IMG/VR virus record: IMGVR_UViG_3300005965_000002
Location: 124,001-188,000 of that record
Strand: one strand, 5' to 3'
DNA: 64,000 nt
Shown here: positions 42,472 through 52,601 of the stretch, one piece after another
Layout of the letters: every line of letters begins with the position of its first letter
How positions within the stretch are numbered: the stretch's first letter is position 1
The notes under the pieces: generated by a model
Seen by the model: the letters and a program-made list of their open reading frames with translations, nothing else
Databases searched by the model: none
What the model was told of the DNA's origin: nothing
Made by a program: the position numbers and the translations under genes

Positions 42472-43179
42472 ATGATTAAAGTAATCGGTAATTCTCCTCA
42501 GAAGATCACGATTCCTGACCTCCAGGAAGTCGTTTACTATAAACAAGTTAAAATATTTAGTGATGATGAGTACAAGGGATCTAAAGACCTGCAAAGGAAG
42601 ATCCAACAAGGCTTGTTAACTATAGTAGACGAATCTAAAGACCAGAGATCATCTTATATACCTCCAACATCTGTTAGAGTAGTTACTTCTGGTCAGGAAA
42701 GAACAGAGGTTGGAAAGCTAGTTGATTACATAAAGTCGTTAGAAGATAAGCTTGATCGTCTCCAGCAGGGATCCCCGGCTGTAGAAACTAAATCTGTTGA
42801 TAATGATAAGATAGATTTATTATTAGCGAAGATACATCAGCTAGAAGAGAAACTGAATAGTAAACCGCAAAATGATGCTGGTACTAATAATAGTGACAAT
42901 GAAGGGGTGATGCAGGCCATTTCTAAATTAGAGGAAAAGATTAACTCAAATGTAGAAGTTAATGCTCTAATACAGAAACTAGAAAAGTTAGTTACTTCCG
43001 GAGGTAGATCAGGAGCTGTAGAAAAATCTTCTGAGCCCACAAGACCTGAAGATATTTATATCCCCAATGTTACTGTGGAAGACGGAAGTTCTCATATAAA
43101 GCTTAAGGTAAGGTCTGTAGAAAAGAGCGATAATATCAATGATGCTCTTAAAGCCTTAAAAAAGATGAAATCTAAATAG
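42472..43179 (+). CDS. Coiled-coil hypothetical protein
   Basis: Repeated I/L-x-x-LE-x-K-L heptads. Confidence 0.65.
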   Translation: MIKVIGNSPQKITIPDLQEVVYYKQVKIFSDDEYKGSKDLQRKIQQGLLTIVDESKDQRSSYIPPTSVRVVTSGQERTEVGKLVDYIKSLEDKLDRLQQGSPAVETKSVDNDKIDLLLAKIHQLEEKLNSKPQNDAGTNNSDNEGVMQAISKLEEKINSNVEVNALIQKLEKLVTSGGRSGAVEKSSEPTRPEDIYIPNVTVEDGSSHIKLKVRSVEKSDNINDALKALKKMKSK

Positions 43180-43217
43180 GGTTAGAACAAGATAAAATTT
43201 TTTCTTAGGAGGAAATT

Positions 43218-45329
43218 ATGGCTAAAGGATTGGACGTCGGAACCTGCTTTTTGGTTTGTGCTGCTAATAACCCAAGGGACGAAAACGCAGATACAGAGAT
43301 TAACTCTATAAGAGATGCCTTTCTAGATATTGAGGCGGAAACCTCAACTATGAACATGCTGAAGATGTCTAATGTGTCCTTTGTGCAAGAAAATGATTTA
43401 GTGTATATAGTAGGTGACGCTGCTATGAATATGGCTAATCTCTTTAAAAGAGAAGCCAGGCGTCCGCTGAGTAAGGGTATAATTTCAGCAGGCGAGTTGG
43501 ATGCAGAGAAGATTCTCCTTATTCTTCTGAAGAATATTATAAAGGATCCTCAGGTAGACGAAGAAACAGTATACTACTCAGTCCCGGCAAAGCCTATTGA
43601 TAGAGATACGGACATAGTTTATCACGAGGCTATGTTTAAGAAATTGATTGAATCCCTGGGGTATAAAGCTATCGCTATGAATGAAGCAGCGGCCATTGTT
43701 TACGCTAACTGTGCTGCTGAGGGATTTACAGCTCTTGCTACAAGCTGCCTTACACCAGGTCAAAAAGTCATTACTAATAAAGGGTTTTGTAATATAGAAG
43801 ATATCAAAGATGGTTATGAGATTTTAACTAAAGAAGGTGCTTGGTGCAGGTGCACCCCGACGCAAAGGGCATATGAGGGAGACGTATATAAAATATCATC
43901 ATATGGTGGCAGCCCTTTTGAAGTTACATCAGACCATTTAGTTTGGGTTGGTCGTAATGGGGTATGGTCTTGGGTACCCGCAAAAGAAGTTGTTGTAGGT
44001 GATTTTATAAAGCAACCGTGGGATAACTTTAATTTAGAATTCTTGCCTAGTAGTAAACGTCCTTATATATGTTGTGAGGAAAGAATAACTAATTCTATCA
44101 GTAGCTCTCATAAAACGTACAATCTTACGGATGAAATGGCAGAGTTGATTGGATTTTGGTTAGGGGATGGTCACTTAGAGAGAGAACGTGGGGGTATATG
44201 CTTTACACAGAATGTTGCTGAACAAGAAAATATAGACAGAATTGCATACCTCGTTGATTCCGTTTTTGGTAAAGATATAGCTACATATGATCATGGTGAA
44301 AACTCCTGCAGAATCAAATTTTATACTAACTCTTTCCTAAATTGGTTAGATAAAAATTGCTATGATGAAGATGGTGTAAAGATTGTTCCCTGGAAGGTTT
44401 CCGAGCTAAACGATAGCATTTGTATGTCGATGCTTAGAGGTCTTATTGCTACGGACGGGGACATATCAAAGGACAAGAAACATATAGGATTTACTAATAC
44501 AAGTGCTAACTTAGCCCAATTTGTATATTTATCACTACAAAGATTAGGGTGTAATCCAACAGTTCATATAAGTTCTCCTAGAAAGGGCAAAGATGCAGTA
44601 CCCGATGGCCATAGCATTAACGGGACTAAGGATATTTATACAGTAAGGTCCTCTGGCTACCAATCCTTGTCATATATTTCATGGTTTAAAGCTCCTTATA
44701 AGACTATTAAAAAAAGTTACATAAGAGGAGAAACCGTCACAAAGATCAATAGTATCGATAAAAAGACCTACTCGGGAAAGGTTTATGATGTTTCTATAGA
44801 TGATGATAGTCACTCTTTTTGCCTCCCTGGAGCAGCTATTCATAATTGCGGTGCTGGTATGGTAAATACTTCTTTGGTTTATCAGACTATGGTAGGTATG
44901 TCTTTCTCGATTTCTCAATCCGGGGACTTTATAGACGAAAGCGCAGCTAAGGCAGTAGGAACAACAGCTACCCGCATTATGTCGGTAAAAGAACGCGGTG
45001 TAGACCTGCTCGATCCTTCTAAGGGAGATCCAAAGTACCTCAGGGAACGTGAGGCTATTGTAGTGTACTATCGTAACCTGATCCATAGAGTTATCGATGC
45101 TATTAAGAAAGAGTTCAAGAAGGATCAGAGCACGATAGAGCTTCCAGAAAGTGTACCGTGGATTATCAGTGGCGGCACCTCTAAAGCCATTAATTTCTTG
45201 GACTTCTTCCGCCAGGAATTTGATAAGGTAAAAGACACATTTCCCATTAACATTTCTGAAATTAGAATGGCTCAGGATCCTCTAAACGATGTAGCTAAAG
45301 GTCTTTTAATCGCCGCTATGAATGATTAA
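43218..45329 (+). CDS. Actin-like ATPase (MreB/ParM superfamily) interrupted by an intein
   Basis: Phosphate-1 GLDVGT; connect-1 MNEAAAI; phosphate-2 rebuilt as ATS|CGAGMVN; adenosine IISGGTS; connect-2 DPLNDVAKG. Confidence 0.85.
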   Translation: MAKGLDVGTCFLVCAANNPRDENADTEINSIRDAFLDIEAETSTMNMLKMSNVSFVQENDLVYIVGDAAMNMANLFKREARRPLSKGIISAGELDAEKILLILLKNIIKDPQVDEETVYYSVPAKPIDRDTDIVYHEAMFKKLIESLGYKAIAMNEAAAIVYANCAAEGFTALATSCLTPGQKVITNKGFCNIEDIKDGYEILTKEGAWCRCTPTQRAYEGDVYKISSYGGSPFEVTSDHLVWVGRNGVWSWVPAKEVVVGDFIKQPWDNFNLEFLPSSKRPYICCEERITNSISSSHKTYNLTDEMAELIGFWLGDGHLERERGGICFTQNVAEQENIDRIAYLVDSVFGKDIATYDHGENSCRIKFYTNSFLNWLDKNCYDEDGVKIVPWKVSELNDSICMSMLRGLIATDGDISKDKKHIGFTNTSANLAQFVYLSLQRLGCNPTVHISSPRKGKDAVPDGHSINGTKDIYTVRSSGYQSLSYISWFKAPYKTIKKSYIRGETVTKINSIDKKTYSGKVYDVSIDDDSHSFCLPGAAIHNCGAGMVNTSLVYQTMVGMSFSISQSGDFIDESAAKAVGTTATRIMSVKERGVDLLDPSKGDPKYLREREAIVVYYRNLIHRVIDAIKKEFKKDQSTIELPESVPWIISGGTSKAINFLDFFRQEFDKVKDTFPINISEIRMAQDPLNDVAKGLLIAAMND
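43746..44846 (+). mobile_element. Intein with LAGLIDADG homing endonuclease (367 aa)
   Basis: Starts CLTPGQKVIT; block B VTSDHLVWV; ELIGFWLGDGH and LRGLIATDG; VYDVSI...AAIHN followed by Cys. Confidence 0.92.
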
Positions 45330-45355
45330 AGTAATATCCCACCAGGTAGCACACT

Positions 45356-45388
45356 AAAGGGGGAGGAACTAGTTCCTCCCCCTTTTTT
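45356..45388 (+). terminator. Rho-independent terminator
   Basis: aaagggggaggaac-ta-gttcctcccccttt + T tract. Confidence 0.85.
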
Positions 45389-45396
45389 ATTGGCCA

Positions 45397-45410
45397 ATTA
45401 TCTATTAATA
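45397..45410 (+). promoter_or_regulatory. Putative late promoter motif copy 9
   Basis: ATTATCTATTAATA upstream of 45450. Confidence 0.6.
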
Positions 45411-45449
45411 AGAAATTGTTATTAGTACTTGTTTTTTAAAGAGATTTTT

Positions 45450-46862
45450 ATGGAAAGTAACCTTTTAAGAGCTATAAAATTTAGGGTTTTTGACGAGCTC
45501 CAGAACTCTGTCAATGCTCATGTGCAGTACCGTAATAAGGTCAAGGTATGGCATAAGTATCCTTATAAAGCGCGTGAGCACATGGGCGTATACATGAGGA
45601 ATGTATCCGCTACTAGGATTAAACTCTCTGCGGATGATTATGCTGGTGCTCTAAAAAGTCATTTGGCTATGGCTCGTGCTGAAAACCACGAGGGTAAATT
45701 TTTAGAGTGGGTATGGGAGGATTCTAATAATATTACCAAGTGGGAAGAAGAAGATGTAAGCAGCCAGGTAGACGGTAGTACTCGATTATTCACATTAAGT
45801 AAGGAAATGATAGCCGGGCAAGGTAATACTAGTATAGCAAATAACATAGGACAAGTTACAGTAACTATTAATGGAACAAAAATTTTTCCAGAGTTTGTCG
45901 ATGGAAAAAGAAAAATAGTTATGGTTCCTGAATGCCCCGCAGCTACAGATGTTGTAAAAATAGGCTATTACTACAACAATCTGACTCCCGCCGGAAGATA
46001 TTACATTCGCATAGCTACTCCTACGCTTTTTGATATTAGCCCACTTTATCAGGTGACCGGTGAGGTAGTTATTCAGCAGACTACAGGTACCGAGACCTCA
46101 GTTACTTTAGATAAGTCTAACCTTTTGCCCGGTAACGAGATTCTTTACACAAAAAAGGGTAAAAATTCTCATAAAATATACCTGGACAGAAGTACAGACT
46201 ATACCATAGATAATACTACAGGAGAGATTACATTTTTAGAACCTTTAAAGGCGAATACTACCCTTTACGCAAACTATAGGTGGATTGGTGATCTATTAGG
46301 TCCTTTTGATATACCTGATGAACGATACCATTATGTGAATGATGCTCTCCCTGGTGTTACTTTGGCTTTTGGTAATGAGATTATAGTAGGGGATCAATTA
46401 GTAGTTATTGTTTATAAAAGTAGAGAAGTTGCCGCAAAGGTATACAGTGGACACTGGGGCATGAACTTTGATATAGAAGTATTTGGTAGAGATCCGATAC
46501 AGTTACCAGAGCTGACAGACCAGATAGTAGATCATATGTGGAGTAAAAGAGAGAAATTAGTTGGTGAGGGTTTGACTTTAGAAGAGCTAGAGCCCACAGG
46601 CGAGGTAGAGGAAGTATACATAGAAGGTACTAACGATCAATATTATAAAAACACTATCACAATGACAATGATGACAGAGTGGAAGAGAATTAATGCTTAT
46701 AAGTATCAGCTTCTTGACTACAATACTCAAGTTTCTACTTCCCTGCAGACTTTTGACTATGTAGTTAATAATCAAGGTGTAATGATGCAGCTTCATTTGG
46801 AGCCTGTATACAAATCTGTGGAGGTTATCTACCCGAAAGTAGGATATCCCAGATATTTATAA
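45450..46862 (+). CDS. Tail completion/terminator-like protein with inserted Ig-like modules
   Basis: Position before sheath; GMNFDIEVFGRDPIQLPELTDQIVDHM pattern; EDVSSQVDG module shared with sheath; ATG 45450 preferred. Confidence 0.6.
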   Translation: MESNLLRAIKFRVFDELQNSVNAHVQYRNKVKVWHKYPYKAREHMGVYMRNVSATRIKLSADDYAGALKSHLAMARAENHEGKFLEWVWEDSNNITKWEEEDVSSQVDGSTRLFTLSKEMIAGQGNTSIANNIGQVTVTINGTKIFPEFVDGKRKIVMVPECPAATDVVKIGYYYNNLTPAGRYYIRIATPTLFDISPLYQVTGEVVIQQTTGTETSVTLDKSNLLPGNEILYTKKGKNSHKIYLDRSTDYTIDNTTGEITFLEPLKANTTLYANYRWIGDLLGPFDIPDERYHYVNDALPGVTLAFGNEIIVGDQLVVIVYKSREVAAKVYSGHWGMNFDIEVFGRDPIQLPELTDQIVDHMWSKREKLVGEGLTLEELEPTGEVEEVYIEGTNDQYYKNTITMTMMTEWKRINAYKYQLLDYNTQVSTSLQTFDYVVNNQGVMMQLHLEPVYKSVEVIYPKVGYPRYL

Positions 46863-46874
46863 GGATAATGTAGA

Positions 46875-46888
46875 ATTATCTATTAATA
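46875..46888 (+). promoter_or_regulatory. Putative late promoter motif copy 10
   Basis: ATTATCTATTAATA upstream of 46939. Confidence 0.6.
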
Positions 46889-46938
46889 TGTATAAGTTTA
46901 ATGGACCTAATATAAAGATTTAGATATGGAGATGAGAT

Positions 46939-47397
46939 ATGCCGATGTACGAGTACAAGTGCGGTCATTGTGGTTTTGAGTTCGAGGATATCACTTCCTT
47001 CGAGAAGAAGGATGATACCCGTAAATGTCCAGACTGTGAATCTATTGATGTCGTCCGGAAGCAGATATCCAGTTTTTCCTTTAAAACATCAATAGACCCG
47101 AGAAAGGGAGACACGGTAGCGACAAACAAGGAAATCGATAAAGTTGTAGGAGAGGCTTCCGCTATAAGGTGGGAAAATCTCGAAAAGAGAAGAAAAGAGA
47201 GATGGAAAAAAGGAAAACCGTTAGAGATAGCGGTTCCCAAGGATAATAAAGGACAACCCCGACCGATGGAAGTGGTGGGTACTGAGAAGCAGAGGCAGTT
47301 TAGAAAAGAATTCTCAGAAGCTTTAAGAGAGCATAGAAAAGAGAGATCCAAAAAGGGTCTGAAGCAGTTTGATGGTCCTGGAGCTATTACCGACTAA
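46939..47397 (+). CDS. FmdB-family zinc-ribbon protein (second paralog)
   Basis: MPMYEYKCGHCG...KCPDCES...VRKQISS. Confidence 0.8.
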   Translation: MPMYEYKCGHCGFEFEDITSFEKKDDTRKCPDCESIDVVRKQISSFSFKTSIDPRKGDTVATNKEIDKVVGEASAIRWENLEKRRKERWKKGKPLEIAVPKDNKGQPRPMEVVGTEKQRQFRKEFSEALREHRKERSKKGLKQFDGPGAITD

Positions 47398-47403
47398 TTG
47401 GTA

Positions 47404-47417
47404 ATAATCAATTAATA
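47404..47417 (+). promoter_or_regulatory. Putative late promoter motif copy 11
   Basis: ATAATCAATTAATA upstream of the sheath gene. Confidence 0.55.
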
Positions 47418-47521
47418 TTAACATCAAATATAATAGAATATCCCATATGAGATTCAGTTGTCCTAAATATTAAGGATATTAGATTGAAATCAATTAGTTC
47501 TGAATAAAAAGGAGAAATAGC

Positions 47522-50485
47522 ATGGCTATAGGACCGTTAGAATCTTTTGCCTTTCCTGGGGTATTTACTAGAACGATAAATGAGTCCACTGCTACCACCG
47601 CTGCAGGAGATATAAGGTTCCCTGCTATTATCGGTGTCGGGGCAGAAGAGCTAAGAGTCAGCGATTTTGAGATGATCAGAGGAAGCTCTTCTGTTGCTGA
47701 TAATCTTATTATCGATGAAGATGTAAGCTCCCAGCTTGATGGTACCAACAAAACTTTCACTGTTGAAAATTTTCCTATTGTTACCGGAGATGGAAATGGC
47801 ACAGTAGCAACATTACCTAATAATGTTATTGTTCTTGTTGATGACGAGCCTGTTCCCGTAGCAAAAGTTGAAGGATTGATTGGTCAGGTTACCCTGGTTA
47901 ATATTCCCGGGACGAACAGCACAGTAAGAGTAAATTATTACTACAAGCGTAGAGATACCTACATTGAAAATGAAGATATCTCCGACCAGGCTGACGGAAC
48001 AAACAAACAGTTTAAAGTAAAAAGTCGCAGAATTGTTACTGGGGACAACGGCGGCACCTCAGCCACAGACACTGAAATTAATCAGACAGTTGAAATTCTT
48101 TATGATCCTACCACTTCGGTAGGTGACGAATTCTTGAGAACTGTTCCGATTATCCAGGTTACTGTCGATGGTAACATTGCTACGATTACCGACCTGGACG
48201 GTGCTGATGGAATGTTCACTCTTCAAACGGCTCCCGCCTCTGATTCAGTTGTTCTTGTTAATTACTTCACGAACGATTGGCAGAATACTTTTGATATCCT
48301 TCCAGCAGCGCAGGTAAACAGGCTGGTTAAAGTCGGTCTTAGTCAGGATACCTCTGATTATTCAATTGGGAATGACTGCGTCTTGGCCGGAAGCAACAGA
48401 ATCCATTGGGGTCATTCTGTACAGACTCAAACTGGTATTTTTACATCTGGAGCTACACCTCTTGTTGATAGTGTTGTTGCTTCTCTTAGAGATGATAAAG
48501 TTTACGGTAGACTGGCTGAGCCTGATAAAGTGGCTACGGATTCGAGCGGAAACACAATTACTGACTCTTTAGGTAGAGCCTTGAATGATACTAACAATAA
48601 AGTGTTTGTTCTTCCTACTAATCCGGTTGATGGTACTGGCGTAGGAAAGTCTACTGAGAATATGAATGATGGTCCCGATTCGGGATCCTCAGATGATATT
48701 ATAGCTTATGTCGGATCAGACTGGGACGATGCTTTAAGTAACGGCCCTGTTACCATCACTAAAGTTGATGGTAATAAAATCTGGTTATCAACCGCTCCTT
48801 CACAGGCTCTTGAAGAAAAGGTTTTCGTTACTTATTACGAAAATAATTTGATAGACGAAACTTGGACAATTACTAATAAAGTTTCTGGTGGAATCGGTGT
48901 TGGAAAATATACGATTACTTCTAGAGTCAGTGGAAACGGAATCGCAGTTACACGCACGGGAGACGGGTCGATTGCTCCTGTTTATGCAGGGTCGGGCGCT
49001 GTAGACGTACAGGTTAATCCTCTTAAGGGCAGTGTAGAAAGAGTAACTATTACTTTTGACGGCACTGGCGGTTTCACAGTTACTTCTAAGCTGGGACCAA
49101 CTTTTACGACTGACGGTCGCACGGGTTCAGTAACAGCTAATGATGCTAATAAAGGATACCTGGGACAGACTTATATTGATCCTACCACAGGGTTCAGAGT
49201 TACTTTCTCTTCAGATACAGGATCCTTTGACCCGGGTGATGGTGATACCGTGGTCTATGATCTTGGTAATCCTGAAACTACTGATGCGGAAGAGAGATTC
49301 TATATCGATGTCGACACCGATTTTATAAGAGCCATTCCGGGCATCAACCTTACGGTAAGCAATACTTCCGGAGGTGGTGTTGATAACGTTGATAACACCG
49401 CCTTGGTAAGAACATATAACAGAAGCGGAAACGAGCCCTCAGTGGGAGATACCTACTACGTTTCTTTTGACAGGCAGAAGACCAGCTATCTTAAGAGATT
49501 TTTCACATCAATGAGTGACGTTATAAGAGAATACGGACCCATTGATCCTAATAATCCTATTGTTGTAGCTGCTAACCTTATGTTCTTGAATGGAGCCAGG
49601 GCGATTGTTATTAAACAGATCCAAAAGGCTGCTGGTCAGACAGACGCAACTGTTCAATCTTATATTGAAGGAATCGATGAATTTGACGAACCTCTGTCTA
49701 ACGGTTTGCGGCCTTCTTTGATCCAACCTCTGACCACTAACAGTGAAGTTCAGAATTATCTGAAACTTTCTAACGCTACTCAGAGTAGTCTCCGTTACAG
49801 AAATGAGCGTACTAGTATTATCGGTTTTGCTACCGGAACTACTCCTGACCAGGTAATACAGAGAGTGAAGGCTATCAAGAGCGAAAAGATAACAGCCGTT
49901 TATCCTGACTCAGGAATCATCGCAATTGAAGATGCCTTTGGAAATGAAGTCGAGTATATTTTCGACGGTTCTTTTATAGCGGCAGCTTTAGCTGGACGAG
50001 ATGTTTCTCCGGTTAATGATATAGCTACTACACTTACTAATAAAAACATTGTAGGATTCAGAAGACTTAACAGGAACCTTGATAATGTGACAGCTTCCTT
50101 GGTTGCTAACGCAGGTTGTACAATGTTAGAGGATAGAAATAACTCAATCCGAGTTATGTTTTATCTAACAACTGATCTAAGTACTCCTCTTACACGTAAC
50201 CCCAGAATAGTAGAAGTAAAACACTTTATTCAGAAGGGACTGCGTGACGTCCTTGATAGATATATAGGGGTAAAGAATCTTCCTAGAGTTATACCTCAGG
50301 TATCTGCTACAGTAGACTCCTATTTCAGGAGTCTAAAGCAAGCAAACATAATAGCAGATTTTCGCCCCAGCAAAGTAACTCAAAATAATACGGATCCGAG
50401 TACTTTAGATGTAGAGGGATTCTATAGCCCAGTATTTCCTGTCAACTGGATTATTGTCACACTTAACCTGAGAAGTTCAATATAA
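47522..50485 (+). CDS. Contractile tail sheath protein
   Basis: N-terminal FPGVFTR; C-terminal AAALAG...TNK.I.GF...AGCTMLE...FYSPVFPVNWIIVTL sheath signature. Confidence 0.9.
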   Translation: MAIGPLESFAFPGVFTRTINESTATTAAGDIRFPAIIGVGAEELRVSDFEMIRGSSSVADNLIIDEDVSSQLDGTNKTFTVENFPIVTGDGNGTVATLPNNVIVLVDDEPVPVAKVEGLIGQVTLVNIPGTNSTVRVNYYYKRRDTYIENEDISDQADGTNKQFKVKSRRIVTGDNGGTSATDTEINQTVEILYDPTTSVGDEFLRTVPIIQVTVDGNIATITDLDGADGMFTLQTAPASDSVVLVNYFTNDWQNTFDILPAAQVNRLVKVGLSQDTSDYSIGNDCVLAGSNRIHWGHSVQTQTGIFTSGATPLVDSVVASLRDDKVYGRLAEPDKVATDSSGNTITDSLGRALNDTNNKVFVLPTNPVDGTGVGKSTENMNDGPDSGSSDDIIAYVGSDWDDALSNGPVTITKVDGNKIWLSTAPSQALEEKVFVTYYENNLIDETWTITNKVSGGIGVGKYTITSRVSGNGIAVTRTGDGSIAPVYAGSGAVDVQVNPLKGSVERVTITFDGTGGFTVTSKLGPTFTTDGRTGSVTANDANKGYLGQTYIDPTTGFRVTFSSDTGSFDPGDGDTVVYDLGNPETTDAEERFYIDVDTDFIRAIPGINLTVSNTSGGGVDNVDNTALVRTYNRSGNEPSVGDTYYVSFDRQKTSYLKRFFTSMSDVIREYGPIDPNNPIVVAANLMFLNGARAIVIKQIQKAAGQTDATVQSYIEGIDEFDEPLSNGLRPSLIQPLTTNSEVQNYLKLSNATQSSLRYRNERTSIIGFATGTTPDQVIQRVKAIKSEKITAVYPDSGIIAIEDAFGNEVEYIFDGSFIAAALAGRDVSPVNDIATTLTNKNIVGFRRLNRNLDNVTASLVANAGCTMLEDRNNSIRVMFYLTTDLSTPLTRNPRIVEVKHFIQKGLRDVLDRYIGVKNLPRVIPQVSATVDSYFRSLKQANIIADFRPSKVTQNNTDPSTLDVEGFYSPVFPVNWIIVTLNLRSSI

Positions 50486-50487
50486 GG

Positions 50488-50518
50488 GTAGAGGAGCTTA
50501 GCTCCTCTACTTCTTTTT
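50488..50518 (+). terminator. Rho-independent terminator
   Basis: gtagaggagc-tta-gctcctctac-ttcttttt. Confidence 0.8.
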
Positions 50519-50554
50519 AATTAGAATCTTAATCGATTATATAAGGAGAAAACA

Positions 50555-51829
50555 ATGGATCGTATAGCACTGTCGGAAAGATTTGAAGGATTAGCAGACG
50601 TCTTCAGCAGCGAGAGTAAGATTGCTATTGATTTGAAGGCCATGGCTCACGTACTGCGTGAGGCTGATGACGACTCTTTTACAAAAATTATAAATCCTAA
50701 GTTTGCCAGTATGGGGGCTGAAGCTGAGGATAAGGAAGCTGTTTTTAAGGGCGTAGCTCCGGCTGATTACAAATTACCGGAGAGTAAGAGGAGTCTTACA
50801 CCCAGAAAGCTTACGGATGACGAAAAAGCTAAGATGTTCGACGAAATGATTAAAGGCGGGTTTGGTCAGCAGGCTAAAAAATTTGTAACTGATATCGTTG
50901 AAAAGGTGCAAGGTGGTGGGATGTCTAAGGGAGCTACCGAAGAGGAAACAATTGAAGCTTCAGAAGAAGTATCAGAAAACTCCTTTTGGTCTAAGGAAGC
51001 TAATGACACAGTAGCTCAGAATCTACTGCGCAATGTCCTTGGGATGGATAAACAAATTTGTTGTGATACTAAGAGTAAGCTTACTCCTGAACAGACTCCT
51101 GATGGAAAGCATAAAGGAGTTCCGGAGAGGCCTGCTACTTTGAAACCTGAACAGACGCCCGACCAGGTTGATGATCTTGATTCCAATATGGTTGAAAAGT
51201 CTAAGGGTAAAGTTCGCAAGGAAGCTGGAAAGATTAAAGGACCGGGCAACCCTGATGGCACCGGGCCTCACTCAGGTACAGAAGAGTGCCCTAAGTCTGA
51301 AGAAAATAAGAAGGAAGCAAAAGGAAAAGGCAAAGCTAAAATGGTTAAATGCCCCAAGTGCAAAGGTGATGTTCTTGAAACAACCGGATATTGCTTAACG
51401 TGCAAAGGTGATATCAAAGATATGGGCAAGGGCAAAAAGGCTGCTGAAGAGTCCAAAGATATGGAAAAGAAAGAAATGAAAGCCATTAAGGACATCGCTA
51501 AAGCCATCGATAGTCTTAAGGATTTAGAGAAAAAAGAAGAAGAGATGGGTATGGGCGATCCTGAGCATGAAGAAGCAGAAAAAGAAATCCTCGATAATAT
51601 GACTGAGGATGTAGAGAAGTTAAAAGACCTTGAGAAAGAAGAAGGCGGAGAAGATACAGAGGAAGATATAGAAGAAATGAAAGAAATGGAAGCTTCTAAG
51701 AAGGAAGCATCCACTCAGATTCAGTCAACTGTTGTAGCTGAGGGAATTGAACTAAGCGGCGGAGACGCCATGGATGAGATATCACTCGACTCTCCTGAGA
51801 TTCAGAAGCTTAGCTCTCTTTTTAACTAA
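50555..51829 (+). CDS. Charged head-type protein with CxxC...CxxC ribbon and many KxA sites
   Basis: KCPKCK...YCLTCK; KFAS, KEAN, KEAG, KKAA, KEAS; acidic C-terminus. Confidence 0.65.
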   Translation: MDRIALSERFEGLADVFSSESKIAIDLKAMAHVLREADDDSFTKIINPKFASMGAEAEDKEAVFKGVAPADYKLPESKRSLTPRKLTDDEKAKMFDEMIKGGFGQQAKKFVTDIVEKVQGGGMSKGATEEETIEASEEVSENSFWSKEANDTVAQNLLRNVLGMDKQICCDTKSKLTPEQTPDGKHKGVPERPATLKPEQTPDQVDDLDSNMVEKSKGKVRKEAGKIKGPGNPDGTGPHSGTEECPKSEENKKEAKGKGKAKMVKCPKCKGDVLETTGYCLTCKGDIKDMGKGKKAAEESKDMEKKEMKAIKDIAKAIDSLKDLEKKEEEMGMGDPEHEEAEKEILDNMTEDVEKLKDLEKEEGGEDTEEDIEEMKEMEASKKEASTQIQSTVVAEGIELSGGDAMDEISLDSPEIQKLSSLFN

Positions 51830-51866
51830 GCACAAATCGAATCTCAAATCATAAAGGAGTATATGT

Positions 51867-52601
51867 ATGGCAAGGGATAGAGACACATATGTACATCGTC
51901 ACGGCGTTACACCCGAAACGATGTCTGTTATTAGTACCAAGAATAAGCTTTATGCTGTTCCTGCAGATAGCGGGGCTACCGAAGCTTTTCAAATTGGTGT
52001 AATTGCTACTTTTGATCCGAGCGAGACACGCGGTATCGAAACTGTGCGCGGTATAGGTTTTGGCGATCATGTAGCCGAATTAGTTCCCGGTTTAACGGAG
52101 CCAATGACTATTACTGTTACTCGTACAGCACAGTATCTTTCCATGATCTTTCAGGTTTTTGGTTATAAGGGTGGTATTGATGGTCTGGTCAGGTCTTTAC
52201 GCCACCACAAGTGGCCCTTTGATGTGCGCCAGGAGCAAGTGATTAGTAGCATAGAGCAAGTTACTAGTTCAACTTCAAATCGATCTGGTAGCAGATACGG
52301 AGGTATTGTTCCATCTTCCGACGAATTTGATGAGGATTCTCTCAATGGTGAGCCTCTAGATGCTATAGTCACCTTATATGAGGGCTGTTGGATGTCTGAT
52401 TATAGTGTAAGCTATTCTTCAGATACAGCTTTGGTTCAAGAGAACGTAACTCTTAATGTGACGGATGTTGTTTCTAGTAATGTTGATTACACTGAGAGTT
52501 CCGATTTCTTTAATACGGAAGCTATTTCCAGTATCATGAGAAATCCCGGACCGGGGGTAGACCCGCTTGGTGAGGGTGGAGTTGCCGTAGGTAGGCAATA
52601 G
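51867..52601 (+). CDS. Tail tube protein
   Basis: IGVIATFDPSETR...VRGIG...ELVPG...LYEGCWMSDYSVSY...VQENVTLNVTD myophage tube pattern. Confidence 0.85.
   Translation: MARDRDTYVHRHGVTPETMSVISTKNKLYAVPADSGATEAFQIGVIATFDPSETRGIETVRGIGFGDHVAELVPGLTEPMTITVTRTAQYLSMIFQVFGYKGGIDGLVRSLRHHKWPFDVRQEQVISSIEQVTSSTSNRSGSRYGGIVPSSDEFDEDSLNGEPLDAIVTLYEGCWMSDYSVSYSSDTALVQENVTLNVTDVVSSNVDYTESSDFFNTEAISSIMRNPGPGVDPLGEGGVAVGRQ

Noticed and set aside
50519-50554. Late promoter motif upstream of 50555
   Set aside because: AGAATCTTAATCGA only partly matches and lacks the terminal TAATA, so it was not counted
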